The notes beneath the pieces are model-generated. The model was given only the letters and a program-made list of their open reading frames with translations. It searched no databases and was not told the origin of the DNA. This document shows positions 26,565 to 36,354 of a stretch of DNA of 64,000 nt, one piece after another; position 1 is the first letter of the stretch; each line of letters begins with the position of its first letter. Both the position numbers and the translations under genes were made by a program. The stretch is from assembly GCA_041497195.1 (NCBI GenBank), contig JBGQGB010000001.1, positions 143,672 through 207,671 of the forward strand, read 5' to 3'. The stretch comes from Candidatus Doudnabacteria bacterium. GTDB taxonomy: Bacteria > Patescibacteriota > Doudnabacteria > UBA920 > 2-01-FULL-46-14.

Positions 26565-28790
26565 CTAGTGGCTGAAGCGGCGGGGTGGCCGTCCAGACCC
26601 GTGATGTGGGCGATCACCGCCGTGAGGCCGCGACGGCTGATAAGGAGGCCTTTCGACATCTCCCCCTGGCAGTAGTGCTTTCATCGACAAATTGATCCGA
26701 CCCAAGTCATCAATATTCACAACTTTTACCGGAACGACATCACCCACTTTGACCACGTCCGAGACTTTTTCCACCCGATGCGGAGCCATCTCTGAAATAT
26801 GAATGAGTCCTTCCTGCCCGGGTAAAACCTCGGCAAAGGCGCCGAAATCCATGAGTCTGGTGATGCGCCCCTGAAATTCCTCGCCGACTTTGACCTCTCT
26901 GGTCAAATTGTTGATCCACTCCACGGCTTTCTTTGAAGCGTCTTGGTTGACCGAGGTCACCATGACCGTGCCGTCATCCTCAATGTCAATCTTCACGCCT
27001 GTTTCGGCGATGATAGCGTTGATGACTTTGCCGCCCGGACCGATGACCTCGCGAATCTTTTCGGGATTGATCTTGAAAGAAACGATTCTGGGCGCGAAAG
27101 GAGACATCTCTGCGCGCGCTTTCGGAATCGCCTGCAAAATCTTGTCCATGATGGTCATCCGCCCTGCTTTGGCCGTGTGCAAAGCGTCAGTGAGAATCTC
27201 GAGAGTCAGGCCTTTGACTTTGATGTCCATCTGTAGTGCGGTAATCCCTTCTTTGGTACCGGCAACTTTGAAATCCATGTGCCCGTTGCCGTCCTCGATG
27301 CCTTGGATATCAGTCAAAATTTTGTATTGTCCGCTGGAAGTATCCATGACCAAGCCCATGGCAATTCCCGCGACCGGAGATTTGATCGGCACTCCCGCGT
27401 CCATCAGAGCCAGAGTCGAACCGCAAGTCGATCCCATTGACGTTGAGCCATTGCTTGATAAAACCTCGGACACCAGACGCAGTGTATAGGGAAATGTTTC
27501 CTTCGGCGGAATCATCGGTTCCAGCGCCCGCTCCGCCAAGGCGCCATGTCCTATCTCTCTCCTGCCGGGAGAGCGCATCGGGGCGACTTCACCCACGGAA
27601 AAACCGGGCATGTTGTAGTGATGCATGTAGCGTTTCTTGCGCTCTTCTTCGGTTTCGATATCTTCCAAAATCTGCTCGTCGCCAGGACCGCCGAGCGTCA
27701 CGGTTGTCAAGACCTGGGTCTCGCCGCGCTGGAAAAGTCCGCTGCCGTGCACGCGCGGCAACAGTCCAACTTCGCAACTGATGGGTCTGATTTGATCAAG
27801 ACTTCTGCCGTCCACCCGTTTTTCCTGTTTCAGAATTGCTCTTTGAATCAACTTTTTCATGAGCTCATCAAACAAATAATTCGCCTCAACCTCGAGCTTT
27901 TCATCTTCTCCGGCCACTTCACTCACCACTTGCTCGCGCAAGACATTGAGCGCTTCATCCCGCCCAGCCTTCTCCGGCTGAAACAACGCCTCTTGAAACT
28001 TACTCTCATAAGTGGCGACCTTTGTTCTGATTTGTTCGCTCGGGGCAAACAGAGTCAATCTTCGTTTACTTGGCGAGACTTGACCGGATAAATCTTTAAT
28101 TCCTGCCAGGACATCTTTGATAGCGGCCTGCGCAAACTCAATCGCCTTGAGCATGTCGTCCTCGGTGACTTCTTTGGCGCCGGCTTCCACCATGATGATA
28201 TGGTCGGCAGTACCGGAGACGATGAGGTCTAGGTCGCTTTCATTCTCCGTTTGGGTAAAGGAAGGATTGAGCACCCACTGGTCGTCAATTTTGCCGACCC
28301 GCACACCGGCAATCGGTCCATCCCAGGGCACATTTGAAATTTCAATGGCAGCGGCCGCAGCATTGAGCCCGATGATGTCCGGATCATTCTCCCCGTCCAC
28401 TGACAAAACCGTCGCCACCACCTGGATGTCGTTTCGAATCTTGCTGTCAAACATCGGCCGCAAACTACGGTCAATGATTCGGCCAGAAAGTATCGCCTCG
28501 TCCGAAGGGCGTCCTTCCCGCTTCACCCAGCGGCTGCCTTTGATTTTACCGGCCGCGTAGAGTTTTTCCTCATAATCCACCAGAAGCGGCAGATAATCGA
28601 TGCCATCCCTGACCTTGTCGCTCATCACGACCGTGGCCATCACTACCGTATCGCCCACGCGCACCAAAACTGACCCCGAGGCTTGGGGGGCGAGTTTACC
28701 AGTGGAAAACGTCCAGGTTTTACCACCGATTTCCGCATGAGCGGAATATTCCTTTTTTTCCATGACTTGTTTTTTGTCTCGATCTGGCAA
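26565..28790 (-). CDS. pnp: polyribonucleotide nucleotidyltransferase (PNPase)
   Basis: 741 aa with two RNase PH domains, then KH and S1 domains, and an Arg/Pro/Gly/His-rich C-terminal tail. The N-terminus matches PNPase ([32 protein letters not shown]). Confidence 0.95.
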   Translation of the reverse strand: MPDRDKKQVMEKKEYSAHAEIGGKTWTFSTGKLAPQASGSVLVRVGDTVVMATVVMSDKVRDGIDYLPLLVDYEEKLYAAGKIKGSRWVKREGRPSDEAILSGRIIDRSLRPMFDSKIRNDIQVVATVLSVDGENDPDIIGLNAAAAAIEISNVPWDGPIAGVRVGKIDDQWVLNPSFTQTENESDLDLIVSGTADHIIMVEAGAKEVTEDDMLKAIEFAQAAIKDVLAGIKDLSGQVSPSKRRLTLFAPSEQIRTKVATYESKFQEALFQPEKAGRDEALNVLREQVVSEVAGEDEKLEVEANYLFDELMKKLIQRAILKQEKRVDGRSLDQIRPISCEVGLLPRVHGSGLFQRGETQVLTTVTLGGPGDEQILEDIETEEERKKRYMHHYNMPGFSVGEVAPMRSPGRREIGHGALAERALEPMIPPKETFPYTLRLVSEVLSSNGSTSMGSTCGSTLALMDAGVPIKSPVAGIAMGLVMDTSSGQYKILTDIQGIEDGNGHMDFKVAGTKEGITALQMDIKVKGLTLEILTDALHTAKAGRMTIMDKILQAIPKARAEMSPFAPRIVSFKINPEKIREVIGPGGKVINAIIAETGVKIDIEDDGTVMVTSVNQDASKKAVEWINNLTREVKVGEEFQGRITRLMDFGAFAEVLPGQEGLIHISEMAPHRVEKVSDVVKVGDVVPVKVVNIDDLGRINLSMKALLPGGDVERPPYQPSRPHGGDRPHHGSGRPPRRFSH

Positions 28791-28817
28791 GGACGTTCCT
28801 GAGAAAACTTTGTCTAG

Positions 28818-28872
28818 CTTGTAGTAAGAGCTTTTAGCTTTTTAGAAAACTCTAAGAAGCTAACACTACAAC
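28818..28872 (-). promoter_or_regulatory. long imperfect stem-loop in the rpsO-pnp intergenic region (candidate RNase III / autoregulatory hairpin or rpsO attenuator)
   Basis: An outer stem CUUGUAGU pairs with ACUACAA, enclosing an internal imperfect inverted repeat (AGCUUUUAGC...CUAAGAAGCU). Its position between rpsO and pnp resembles the E. coli pnp leader. Confidence 0.3.
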
Positions 28873-28924
28873 CTACCCAGAATCCTCTCAACAACGAATC
28901 TTTCCAGGCGACAATTCACTAAAT

Positions 28925-29191
28925 TTACTTTTTAATCTTCAATTTTTCAACAATTTTTTCGTGACGTTTTTTATCTTCTTCCCGCAAATACCGCAAGAGT
29001 CGGCGACGATTGCCGACCATTTTCAGCAGTCCGCGGCGGGAGTGGTTGTCTTTCTTATGCAGTTTCAAATGCTCGGACACTTGCTCGATTTCTTCGGAAA
29101 GAATGGCAATCTGGACTTCTGGACTGCCAGTGTCGCCTTTGTGCGTCTGGAACTTCTTGATGATATTGTCTTTGTCCTTTTTATCCAACAT
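28925..29191 (-). CDS. rpsO: 30S ribosomal protein S15
   Basis: 88 aa ending [20 protein letters not shown], the conserved S15 core. It sits immediately upstream of pnp, the classic rpsO-pnp arrangement. Confidence 0.9.
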   Translation of the reverse strand: MLDKKDKDNIIKKFQTHKGDTGSPEVQIAILSEEIEQVSEHLKLHKKDNHSRRGLLKMVGNRRRLLRYLREEDKKRHEKIVEKLKIKK

Positions 29192-29197
29192 GAGGGA

Positions 29198-29226
29198 ATT
29201 ATAATATAAACTTTAAAATCTTGCAA
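29198..29226 (-). promoter_or_regulatory. sigma70-like promoter of rpsO; predicts a leaderless mRNA
   Basis: The minus strand reads TTGCAA-17 nt-TATAAT, and the -10 ends 6 nt before the rpsO ATG. No room is left for a Shine-Dalgarno sequence. Confidence 0.45.
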
Positions 29227-29242
29227 GTTAGAAAATGAACTA

Positions 29243-29271
29243 TTGACACCAAAAAATAATTGTGCTATTAT
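29243..29271 (+). promoter_or_regulatory. sigma70-like promoter (divergent from rpsO) for the gene at 29317
   Basis: TTGACA-17 nt-TATTAT, followed by AGGAGG 7 nt upstream of the ATG at 29317. Confidence 0.5.
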
Positions 29272-29316
29272 GATGAGCTAGTAATTCCCTGGACAAAACC
29301 AAATAGGAGGATACAG

Positions 29317-29877
29317 ATGAAACGGATTCTAGAACATCCAATTCGCACAACAACGTTTGTTCTACTGACAGCGGCCCTAAGCTTTATCTCCTACTACACC
29401 TGGCCGACCCCCGGCTCATTGCCTGAGGAAAAACAATACCCTCTTCAGCTACCGCCAAACGCTGACATACGGCCGGCCTCAGACGTGGAACCCGGCACTT
29501 TCAAGATTCATGTTTCCCTCGATGAGCTGCTGACCAAAAGCCGCTCTGGGCAATTCGGTAACCCTATCGTTGCTTACGGGAAAAACGAGCATGATGGATT
29601 CCACAGATTCCACATTCAATACTGGCTCCCGCGAAACGACGGAACTTTCTACTACGCTGATGTGCAAAAGGGGGATGAGAACTGGGGCCATGCCTGGATC
29701 AGCACCTCATGGCAAATCAAAAACGCGACATTGATCGCAACCCCGGTCGCAGCCCCGCGAGACCTCTATACAGCAAGTTTCATTTTTGCCGGCATTGCTC
29801 TCCTCACGCTCTACCTGGAGGTATCAAGCGAGCTTCCGAGGGTAAGACACAAGAGGCTATACCCATTTAAGTGCTGA
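29317..29877 (+). CDS. hypothetical membrane-anchored protein
   Basis: The start was chosen at MKRILEHP, which is preceded by AGGAGG; the longer ORF from 29260 lacks an RBS. One N-terminal TM helix (TTFVLLTAALSFISYYTW) and one C-terminal TM helix are present. No known motif was found. Confidence 0.5.
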   Translation: MKRILEHPIRTTTFVLLTAALSFISYYTWPTPGSLPEEKQYPLQLPPNADIRPASDVEPGTFKIHVSLDELLTKSRSGQFGNPIVAYGKNEHDGFHRFHIQYWLPRNDGTFYYADVQKGDENWGHAWISTSWQIKNATLIATPVAAPRDLYTASFIFAGIALLTLYLEVSSELPRVRHKRLYPFKC

Positions 29878-29899
29878 ATCTCAATCGACGCTTTGCGTG

Positions 29900-29941
29900 A
29901 AAAACCGGGCTGGTCCACCAGACAGCCCGGTGTATTTTTTT
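29900..29941 (+). terminator. rho-independent terminator
   Basis: CCGGGCTG-gtccaccaga-CAGCCCGG (8-bp perfect stem) followed by TGTATTTTTTT. Confidence 0.65.
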
Positions 29942-30010
29942 GCGGAAAAAAGTTATAATAACATTGTGCGACCCTGCTCCGCCAAGGCTGCGCAGGGCTG
30001 GTGCGAACAT

Positions 30011-30970
30011 ATGAAACCAAAAATCGAATCGGAAAAGAAAACCAAGACAGAGCTCGATGAGCTCAAGACCCAGTTTCTGGAGCATTTGGAAATCGAGAAA
30101 AACCGCTCCCGACTGACTATCCGTAATTACGACTCTTACCTGTCCCGTTTCTTGGAATTTGCCAAAACCAAAGGAGTAAAAAGCCCGGCAGACGTGGACC
30201 TCGATCTGGTCCGGAACTTTCGCCTCTGGCTCAATCGTATTAAAGACAGACAAGGCCGCGAGCTCAAGCTCATCACCCAGAACTATTACATCATCGCTTT
30301 GCGGTCGTTTCTCAAATACCTCGCGAAACGTGACATCCGCTCAATTGCCGCGGAGAAGCTGGAACTGCCGAAAACCCCGTCCCGCCAGGTCGTATTTTTG
30401 GAAATGGATGACCTGGAAAAACTCCTCGCTGCCCCACAAAAAGAAAAAAATGACACAATCCGCTTGAGAGATCAGGCGATCCTGGAACTCCTGTTCTCCA
30501 CGGGTTTGCGGGTCGCGGAACTCTCCAATCTCAAACGCGACCAAGTCAATCTCAAAAAAGACGAATTCCAAGTCAGGGGCAAGGGTGACAAAATCCGCCT
30601 CGTCTTTCTGTCTGAACGGGCCAAAGCGGCTTTGCAAAAATACCTGGCCACCAGACATGACAATTCCCCGGCTCTGTTTGTCCGGCACAACCACGAACTG
30701 TCCCTTCAAGACGACGCTCCTTTGACCGCCCGTTCTATCCAGCGCCTCATCAAAAAATACGCCAAACTCGCCGGCGTTTCCCATGCCATCACCCCCCATA
30801 CCCTGCGGCACACCATGGCCACGGACCTGCTGGCTTCTGGCGCGGACTTGCGCTCGGTCCAGGAAATCTTGGGCCATTCCTCAATAACCACGACGCAAAT
30901 CTACACCCACATTACCAATCAGCGCCTCAAGGAAACCTACAAAAAATACCACGCCCGCAACCGGAAATAA
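30011..30970 (+). CDS. tyrosine site-specific recombinase, XerC/XerD family
   Basis: It has an N-terminal SAM-like core-binding domain (LEHLEIEKNRSRLTIRNYDSYLSRFLEF). The catalytic motifs are RVAEL, HTLRHTMATDLL (HxxR), and LGHSSITTTQIYTHI (tyrosine nucleophile). The start is set at 30011, because the longer ORF from 29897 would span the terminator. Confidence 0.85.
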   Translation: MKPKIESEKKTKTELDELKTQFLEHLEIEKNRSRLTIRNYDSYLSRFLEFAKTKGVKSPADVDLDLVRNFRLWLNRIKDRQGRELKLITQNYYIIALRSFLKYLAKRDIRSIAAEKLELPKTPSRQVVFLEMDDLEKLLAAPQKEKNDTIRLRDQAILELLFSTGLRVAELSNLKRDQVNLKKDEFQVRGKGDKIRLVFLSERAKAALQKYLATRHDNSPALFVRHNHELSLQDDAPLTARSIQRLIKKYAKLAGVSHAITPHTLRHTMATDLLASGADLRSVQEILGHSSITTTQIYTHITNQRLKETYKKYHARNRK

Positions 30971-31113
30971 TTAGCACGCCAGGTAGTGAAAGTGTGCTTG
31001 GCCGTGTGAAAGGGCCTTCCGATACCTGCCAAACTAAACGACGTGTCGAACAGCTGACATAAGGATGACTTTTCGAATTAAAGCAACCAAACTAGCAAAC
31101 TTCTACTACCTGG

Positions 31114-31143
31114 TTGACAAATTAGCACTTAGGATGCTAGAGT
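31114..31143 (+). promoter_or_regulatory. putative clpB promoter (TTGACA -35; weak -10 TAGAGT inside CIRCE)
   Basis: TTGACA lies at 31114-31119, and the best -10 at 18-nt spacing is TAGAGT (31138-31143). A stronger TATACT at 31153 is too far from the -35. Confidence 0.35.
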
Positions 31144-31148
31144 GCTAA
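31122..31148 (+). promoter_or_regulatory. CIRCE operator (HrcA binding site) upstream of clpB
   Basis: TTAGCACTT-AGGATGCTA-GAGTGCTAA has 9-9-9 architecture with one mismatch to the consensus TTAGCACTC-N9-GAGTGCTAA. It lies about 45 nt upstream of the clpB ATG. Confidence 0.8.
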
Positions 31149-31191
31149 TATATATACTACAAGCTATTATCTAATTCCTAAAAGCTAAACC

Positions 31192-33846
31192 ATGATTCCT
31201 CTCGATAAATTCACCCAAAAAGCTCAGGAGGCCATCGCGGCTTCCCAGACGATTGCGTCCGAGCACGAGCATCAGCAAGTCGACACCATCCACCTTCTCT
31301 ACGCCCTCATCCAGCAAGAAGGTGGCGTCGTGGGGTCGCTTTTGGAAAAAATGAAAATTGATTCGCGGCTCCTGGAAATGCAGATCGAAAAAATCCTGCA
31401 GGCGCTGCCGCAGACATCCGTTTTTCCCTCAGGCTTGGGGCAAATTTACGTCACCCGTAATCTCAATGAAGTGCTCTCACAATCAATGAAAGAAGCGGTA
31501 AAGCTGAAGGACGAGTACGTTTCCACTGAGCATTTGTTTCTCGCGATCCTGGAACGGGGCGGACAGACCAAGCGCCTCCTCGAACAATTCGGGCTCGGTA
31601 CGGTTGACGTGCTGGAGAGCCTCAAGGATATCCGCGGCTCCGAAAGGGTCACCAACCCTGAGCCGGAACAAACATATCAAGCTCTGGAGAAATATACTCT
31701 CAACCTCACTGATCTGGCGCGCAAAAACAAACTTGACCCAGTGATCGGCAGGGACCAGGAAATCCGACGCGTCATGCAAGTCCTCTCCCGCCGCACCAAG
31801 AACAACCCCGTGCTCATAGGCGAACCAGGCGTGGGCAAAACCGCGATCGCTGAAGGACTGGCCCAGCGGATAGTGGCGGGCGACGTGCCGGAGAGTCTCA
31901 AAAATAAAGTCCTGCTGGCCCTGGATTTGGGTTCGCTATTGGCTGGCGCAAAATTTAGAGGCGAATTTGAGCAGCGCATGAAAAGCGTTTTGCGGGAAAT
32001 CGAGCGATCGAGCGGCAAAATCATTTTATTTGTCGACGAACTTCATACCGTGGTCGGCGCAGGTGCGGCCGAAGGGGGCCTGGATGCGTCCAACATGCTC
32101 AAACCAATGCTGGCGCGAGGCCAACTGCATGCCATCGGGGCCACGACCCTGAAAGAGTATCAAAAATATATTGAAAAAGACGCGGCTCTCGAGCGGCGCT
32201 TCCAGCCGGTCATGGTCACCGAGCCGACAATCGAAGACACTATCGCGATTTTGCGTGGGATCAAAGAAAAATACGAGGTCCATCACGGCGTCAAAATCAC
32301 GGATGAGGCCATAGTGTCCGCGGCTGAACTATCCGCCCGCTATATCACTGACCGATTTTTACCCGACAAAGCCATTGACCTCATCGATGAAGCGGGTTCC
32401 AATTTGCGTCTGGAGATTGACAGTATGCCTGAGGATCTTGATCTTTTGAACCGGCGCATCCGCAAACTGGAAATTGAAAAACAAGCGCTGAAACAGGACG
32501 ACTCCGAGCGAGCTTCGGAAAACCTTCCCAAAATTGAAAAAGAACTGGCCGAGTCCCAGGAACAAGCTCGCACGCTGCGCCTGCATTGGGAAGCGGAAAA
32601 AGACATCATTACCAAAATCCGGGAGAACAAAAGCCGCATTGATGAGCTGAAGATGCAGGCCGAATCCGCGGAACGGGAAGGAGACCTCAACAAAGTTGCG
32701 GAAATCCGCTACGGCGAATTGCCGCGCCTGACCAAAGAAATTGCCGAAAAAGAACAGCGCCTGATCAAAATCCAGAGCAAGCACAAAATCCTGCGCGAAA
32801 AAGTCACCGAGGAAGACATCGCTCAGGTCGTGGCGCGCTGGACCGGCGTACCGGTGTTTAAAATGCTCGAGTCGGAATCACAAAAATTGAGCCACATGGA
32901 AACAGAACTCAAGAAACGCATCGTCGGCCAGGACGAAGCCATCACGGCCATCAGCAACGCCATCCGCCGCTCCCGCGCGGGGATTGCCGAAGAGCGCCGT
33001 CCAATCGGGTCTTTCATTTTCCTGGGCCCGACAGGCGTCGGTAAAACGGAAACAGCCAAAGCTTTGGCCGAGTTTCTGTTCAACGACGAAAAGGCACTGG
33101 TGCAGATGGACATGTCCGAATACAGCGAGCGCCATTCGATTGCCAAATTCATCGGCTCCCCGCCCGGCTATGTCGGCTACGAAGAGGGTGGCCAACTGAC
33201 GGAAATCATCAGGCGGCGCCCCTACAGCGTCGTGCTGTTTGACGAGATTGAAAAAGCGCATCCGGAAATATTCAATATTCTCTTGCAAATCCTCGACGAA
33301 GGTCAGCTCACGGACTCAAAAGGACGAACAGTAAATTTCAAAAACGCGATCATCATCATGACTTCGAACTTGGGCTCCGAGATGATCCGCAGCCAAGCCA
33401 TCGGTTTTGAGGCCGAACAAAAAAATCAAAAAACCGAAGTATCCGAAAACGAAATGCGGGACCACGTGCTAGAGATTTTGAACAAGCACTTCCGGCCGGA
33501 GTTCCTCAACCGCGTCGATGAAATTATTATTTTCCACCCTTTGGCCAAAAGACAGCTGGAAAAAATCGTAGAACTGCAGCTGGAGCTAATTCAAAAGCGA
33601 GTGGCAGAACGAGGAGTGGTACTCAAATTCAAACCCGCCGCCAAAAAACTTCTCGCTGACAAAGGGTTTGATCCCGTATACGGCGCCCGGCCCCTCAAAC
33701 GCGCTCTGCAAAGAGAAATCCTGGACAAGCTAGCACTGCTGATGATCAAAGGCGAAATTGAAAAAGGCCAGAGTCTGGAAATCGATACGAAAAAAGATGA
33801 AATAGTTCTGCATCCTGTCCACGAGGCAGAACCGGCGAAAAAGTAA
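31192..33846 (+). CDS. clpB: ATP-dependent chaperone ClpB (canonical)
   Basis: 884 aa with Clp_N repeats. D1 reads [18 protein letters not shown] and [10 protein letters not shown] long coiled-coil middle domain is present. D2 reads [26 protein letters not shown] and GARPLKR. Confidence 0.95.
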   Translation: MIPLDKFTQKAQEAIAASQTIASEHEHQQVDTIHLLYALIQQEGGVVGSLLEKMKIDSRLLEMQIEKILQALPQTSVFPSGLGQIYVTRNLNEVLSQSMKEAVKLKDEYVSTEHLFLAILERGGQTKRLLEQFGLGTVDVLESLKDIRGSERVTNPEPEQTYQALEKYTLNLTDLARKNKLDPVIGRDQEIRRVMQVLSRRTKNNPVLIGEPGVGKTAIAEGLAQRIVAGDVPESLKNKVLLALDLGSLLAGAKFRGEFEQRMKSVLREIERSSGKIILFVDELHTVVGAGAAEGGLDASNMLKPMLARGQLHAIGATTLKEYQKYIEKDAALERRFQPVMVTEPTIEDTIAILRGIKEKYEVHHGVKITDEAIVSAAELSARYITDRFLPDKAIDLIDEAGSNLRLEIDSMPEDLDLLNRRIRKLEIEKQALKQDDSERASENLPKIEKELAESQEQARTLRLHWEAEKDIITKIRENKSRIDELKMQAESAEREGDLNKVAEIRYGELPRLTKEIAEKEQRLIKIQSKHKILREKVTEEDIAQVVARWTGVPVFKMLESESQKLSHMETELKKRIVGQDEAITAISNAIRRSRAGIAEERRPIGSFIFLGPTGVGKTETAKALAEFLFNDEKALVQMDMSEYSERHSIAKFIGSPPGYVGYEEGGQLTEIIRRRPYSVVLFDEIEKAHPEIFNILLQILDEGQLTDSKGRTVNFKNAIIIMTSNLGSEMIRSQAIGFEAEQKNQKTEVSENEMRDHVLEILNKHFRPEFLNRVDEIIIFHPLAKRQLEKIVELQLELIQKRVAERGVVLKFKPAAKKLLADKGFDPVYGARPLKRALQREILDKLALLMIKGEIEKGQSLEIDTKKDEIVLHPVHEAEPAKK

Positions 33847-33852
33847 ACTTTC

Positions 33853-33883
33853 AAAAAAACCGCCCCATTGGGGTGGTTTTTTT
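33853..33883. terminator. bidirectional rho-independent terminator shared by clpB (+) and hup (-)
   Basis: AAAAAAA-CCGCCC-cattg-GGGTGG-TTTTTTT. Confidence 0.6.
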
Positions 33884-33909
33884 GCAACCAACTCTTAAGC
33901 CAACCTTCC

Positions 33910-34182
33910 CTAGAGAATGGCCTCTTTGGCAGCTTTTGCCACGCGAAACTTCAAAACCGTCTTGGCAGGGATCTTGATTTGCTGCCCGGTAGCAGGGTTG
34001 CGGCCCATTCGGGCGAGACGGTCTTTTTTGACCAGCTTCCCCACTCCTGCCAAAGCGAATTCTCCAGACCGCTTGGTCTCCTCGTAGATGAGTGCGACCA
34101 GCACATCCAGGAACTCACTGACTTCTTTGCGAGTCTTGCCGGTTTTTTCCGCCAAGGCATTGAGCATTTCGGACTTTGTCAC
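33910..34182 (-). CDS. hup: DNA-binding protein HU
   Basis: 90 aa reading MTKSEMLNALAEKTGKTRKEVSEFLDVL...GRNPATGQQIKIPAKTVLKFRVAKAAKEAI. It apparently uses a GTG start. Confidence 0.9.
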   Translation of the reverse strand: MTKSEMLNALAEKTGKTRKEVSEFLDVLVALIYEETKRSGEFALAGVGKLVKKDRLARMGRNPATGQQIKIPAKTVLKFRVAKAAKEAIL

Positions 34183-34347
34183 GGAATTTTTTGATTAATA
34201 ATAAGGTTGCCACTATTATAGCAGCTTTTGAAAAAAAGGGAAATAGTTCTACTTCCCGTCCCCGGGACACCACCGGGAAACAAACAAGTCCGCAAAGCAA
34301 AAATCCCCCTCCTCAAAAACGGGACTTGTGAATTGGAGTTACCCGAA

Positions 34348-34653
34348 TCAATCCGTTTTTTTCATGAAGCTTCGCAACATCTCATACTCGCGTGCCACAG
34401 CTGCCTCAATCTCTTGTGCTAGTCCCGGCACGCCTGCGGCTATTTCGGCCACAAACTCTTCCAGGCCCGGATCGTCAGCATCAAATTTTTCCTGCAGCTC
34501 TGAAAGTTTCTCTTCCGGTACCCGGCGCAACAGCACTTCCAAAATGACACTGCTGAACTGCCCCTCGAGGCGCTCCACCAGGGCTGGCTCCGGATTGGCA
34601 ATGCCCAATTCGGCCATTAATTTTTGCGTCATCTTCTCTGTATCTGCTGACAT
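34348..34653 (-). CDS. hypothetical small acidic alpha-helical protein, last gene of the uncharacterised four-gene cluster
   Basis: 101-aa ORF. It has no TM segment, no signal peptide and no recognisable motif. Confidence 0.4.
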   Translation of the reverse strand: MSADTEKMTQKLMAELGIANPEPALVERLEGQFSSVILEVLLRRVPEEKLSELQEKFDADDPGLEEFVAEIAAGVPGLAQEIEAAVAREYEMLRSFMKKTD

Positions 34654-34665
34654 AAACTGTCTTTC

Positions 34666-36354
34666 CTACTTATGTTCTGATAAATATTTCTCAACAAGCT
34701 CATGCATCTCCATAGGCTTGGCATTGAACTGTATCGCTAACGTCCCTTCTGGTACTATTTCCCCAGGCTCGATAAACCACAACTCCTTGTCTCCTAATTG
34801 TTTCTTTATTTCCTCAGACAAATCTCCTAACGATTCTTCAAAAGACTGTAGGCCTTGAAACAGTTTATGGCCATGCAAAGTGCTCTTTACTTCTATGCCC
34901 TTCTTCTCAAACTCATTGACCAGATGTCTAGCTTTCAAATCGATTTCTCTGGTTTCTGCAGCCTCCAGCAGTCCGTTCTCGAGATATTTGACCAGGTCTT
35001 TTTCAGATTGGCCTCGGTCGACAACAATCGTTCCGTCTTCCCTGACTCCATTCTCCGCACCCAATCTAAACGAATGCCCTTGCAACTGATATTGATCAGG
35101 AGGTAACTTTGCCAAAGCGCTTTTTAACTTACTTAATGACTCATAGTCACTGTCCGGATCAGAATCCGAAGCAGGATTAAGCTCAATAACGATAAGATTC
35201 TCTTCCCGAAGTTGCCCTTCCAATTCATCAACCTGGTCCTTGGTCTTGGGTTCAGCTTTGAGCTCTTCTTTAGCGATTGTTTCTTCGGTTTTCTTTTCTT
35301 GTAAAACTGTCTTCAGCCTGTCTCTGGCAGAACTATACCAGCTGGAAATTGATTTGCCATATTTACGCTCGAGAACCGCGCCTGTCCCCACACCTACCCC
35401 CAAAATTCCGTAGATAATGGATCGCGTCGCGGCTTCAGACTTTGCATTCACACTAATCTCATGAACGGCTCCTTCGAGGGCTTTTCTCACCCCTTCCTTT
35501 ACCACGGTCGCAGCTGGTGCAGGTACGTGATCCAAATTCTTGACTGCGTGTAAAGCCTCCTCATGGACCGTTTCGGCGAAATTGTTTTCCGGATTGATGC
35601 TATGGCTATAATCGAGCATTTTTTGCCAAGTTTTTTCCACAATCTTACCAACCCATTTCTCCTTGAGGTTGGCGCTCTGTCCGGAGCCCAAAAGCTTCGC
35701 TTTTTCCAGAGCGTCTTGAATGGCCGCTCCCTTGACTTGATAGATGTCACCCGGCTGAATGTGATCCTCCAGATGGCGACGCAAAAAATCTTCCGCATAC
35801 ACCAGTTGTTCCCGAGTCCAATGCACCCCCTGGTCTTGCAAGAGTTGATGCTGCTGTGCCAAATAATCGTGGATGAAATCCCGCGCCACATTGGTCAATC
35901 CCTCGCCAGCCTGGGCGTGGATTTTGAAAACTTGCCCGGGTATCTTCCCCAAGCCTTGCTTGAGCACTTTTTCCATGGCCCGCTTTTTGGCCTCGACCAA
36001 TTGTTCTTGAGTCATTTGCGCAACCTTCTCTGCTGTTTTTCCATCCCCACCCGCAGCATGATCCCACCCGAAATAACTATTAATATGCTCCCCAGCCCAT
36101 TCGCCAAGCGCGCCCGCTCCCGCGCCGATCGTGGCTCCGATGATAGCTCCTCTGGCGACTTTCCAGCCGACTTTTTTTCGCCTGCTACTGAGCATGGATT
36201 TATAAAGTTTCTCCCTCTCCCCAGTCAAATCCGTGACTCCTGCTTGAACTCTTTCTCTGACTCCCAAAATCTCGTTCAATTGCCTGGCAGGTTGTTCAAT
36301 GGCGACTGAAACGCCCGAAACATAAAGTTTGGTCTCAATGTCGCGCAGTTTCAT
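34666..36354 (-). CDS. hypothetical protein with two glycine-zipper hydrophobic segments
   Basis: 562 aa. It carries GAIIGATIGAGAGALGEWAG and IIYGILGVGVGTGAVL segments and an Asp/Ser-rich acidic stretch (NPASDSDPDSDYESL). It overlaps the upstream gene by 4 nt. Confidence 0.45.
   Translation of the reverse strand: MKLRDIETKLYVSGVSVAIEQPARQLNEILGVRERVQAGVTDLTGEREKLYKSMLSSRRKKVGWKVARGAIIGATIGAGAGALGEWAGEHINSYFGWDHAAGGDGKTAEKVAQMTQEQLVEAKKRAMEKVLKQGLGKIPGQVFKIHAQAGEGLTNVARDFIHDYLAQQHQLLQDQGVHWTREQLVYAEDFLRRHLEDHIQPGDIYQVKGAAIQDALEKAKLLGSGQSANLKEKWVGKIVEKTWQKMLDYSHSINPENNFAETVHEEALHAVKNLDHVPAPAATVVKEGVRKALEGAVHEISVNAKSEAATRSIIYGILGVGVGTGAVLERKYGKSISSWYSSARDRLKTVLQEKKTEETIAKEELKAEPKTKDQVDELEGQLREENLIVIELNPASDSDPDSDYESLSKLKSALAKLPPDQYQLQGHSFRLGAENGVREDGTIVVDRGQSEKDLVKYLENGLLEAAETREIDLKARHLVNEFEKKGIEVKSTLHGHKLFQGLQSFEESLGDLSEEIKKQLGDKELWFIEPGEIVPEGTLAIQFNAKPMEMHELVEKYLSEHK

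Noticed and set aside
29897-30010. N-terminal extension of the recombinase ORF (start 29897)
   Set aside because: The extension would be translated through a strong rho-independent terminator (29900..29941). The ATG at 30011 follows it and yields a standard-length XerC/D protein.
30971-30998. Second CIRCE-like element TTAGCAC-N14-GTGTGCT at the end of the recombinase gene
   Set aside because: The spacer is 14 nt rather than 9, and the right arm is imperfect. It is probably fortuitous; only the 31122..31148 element fits the consensus.
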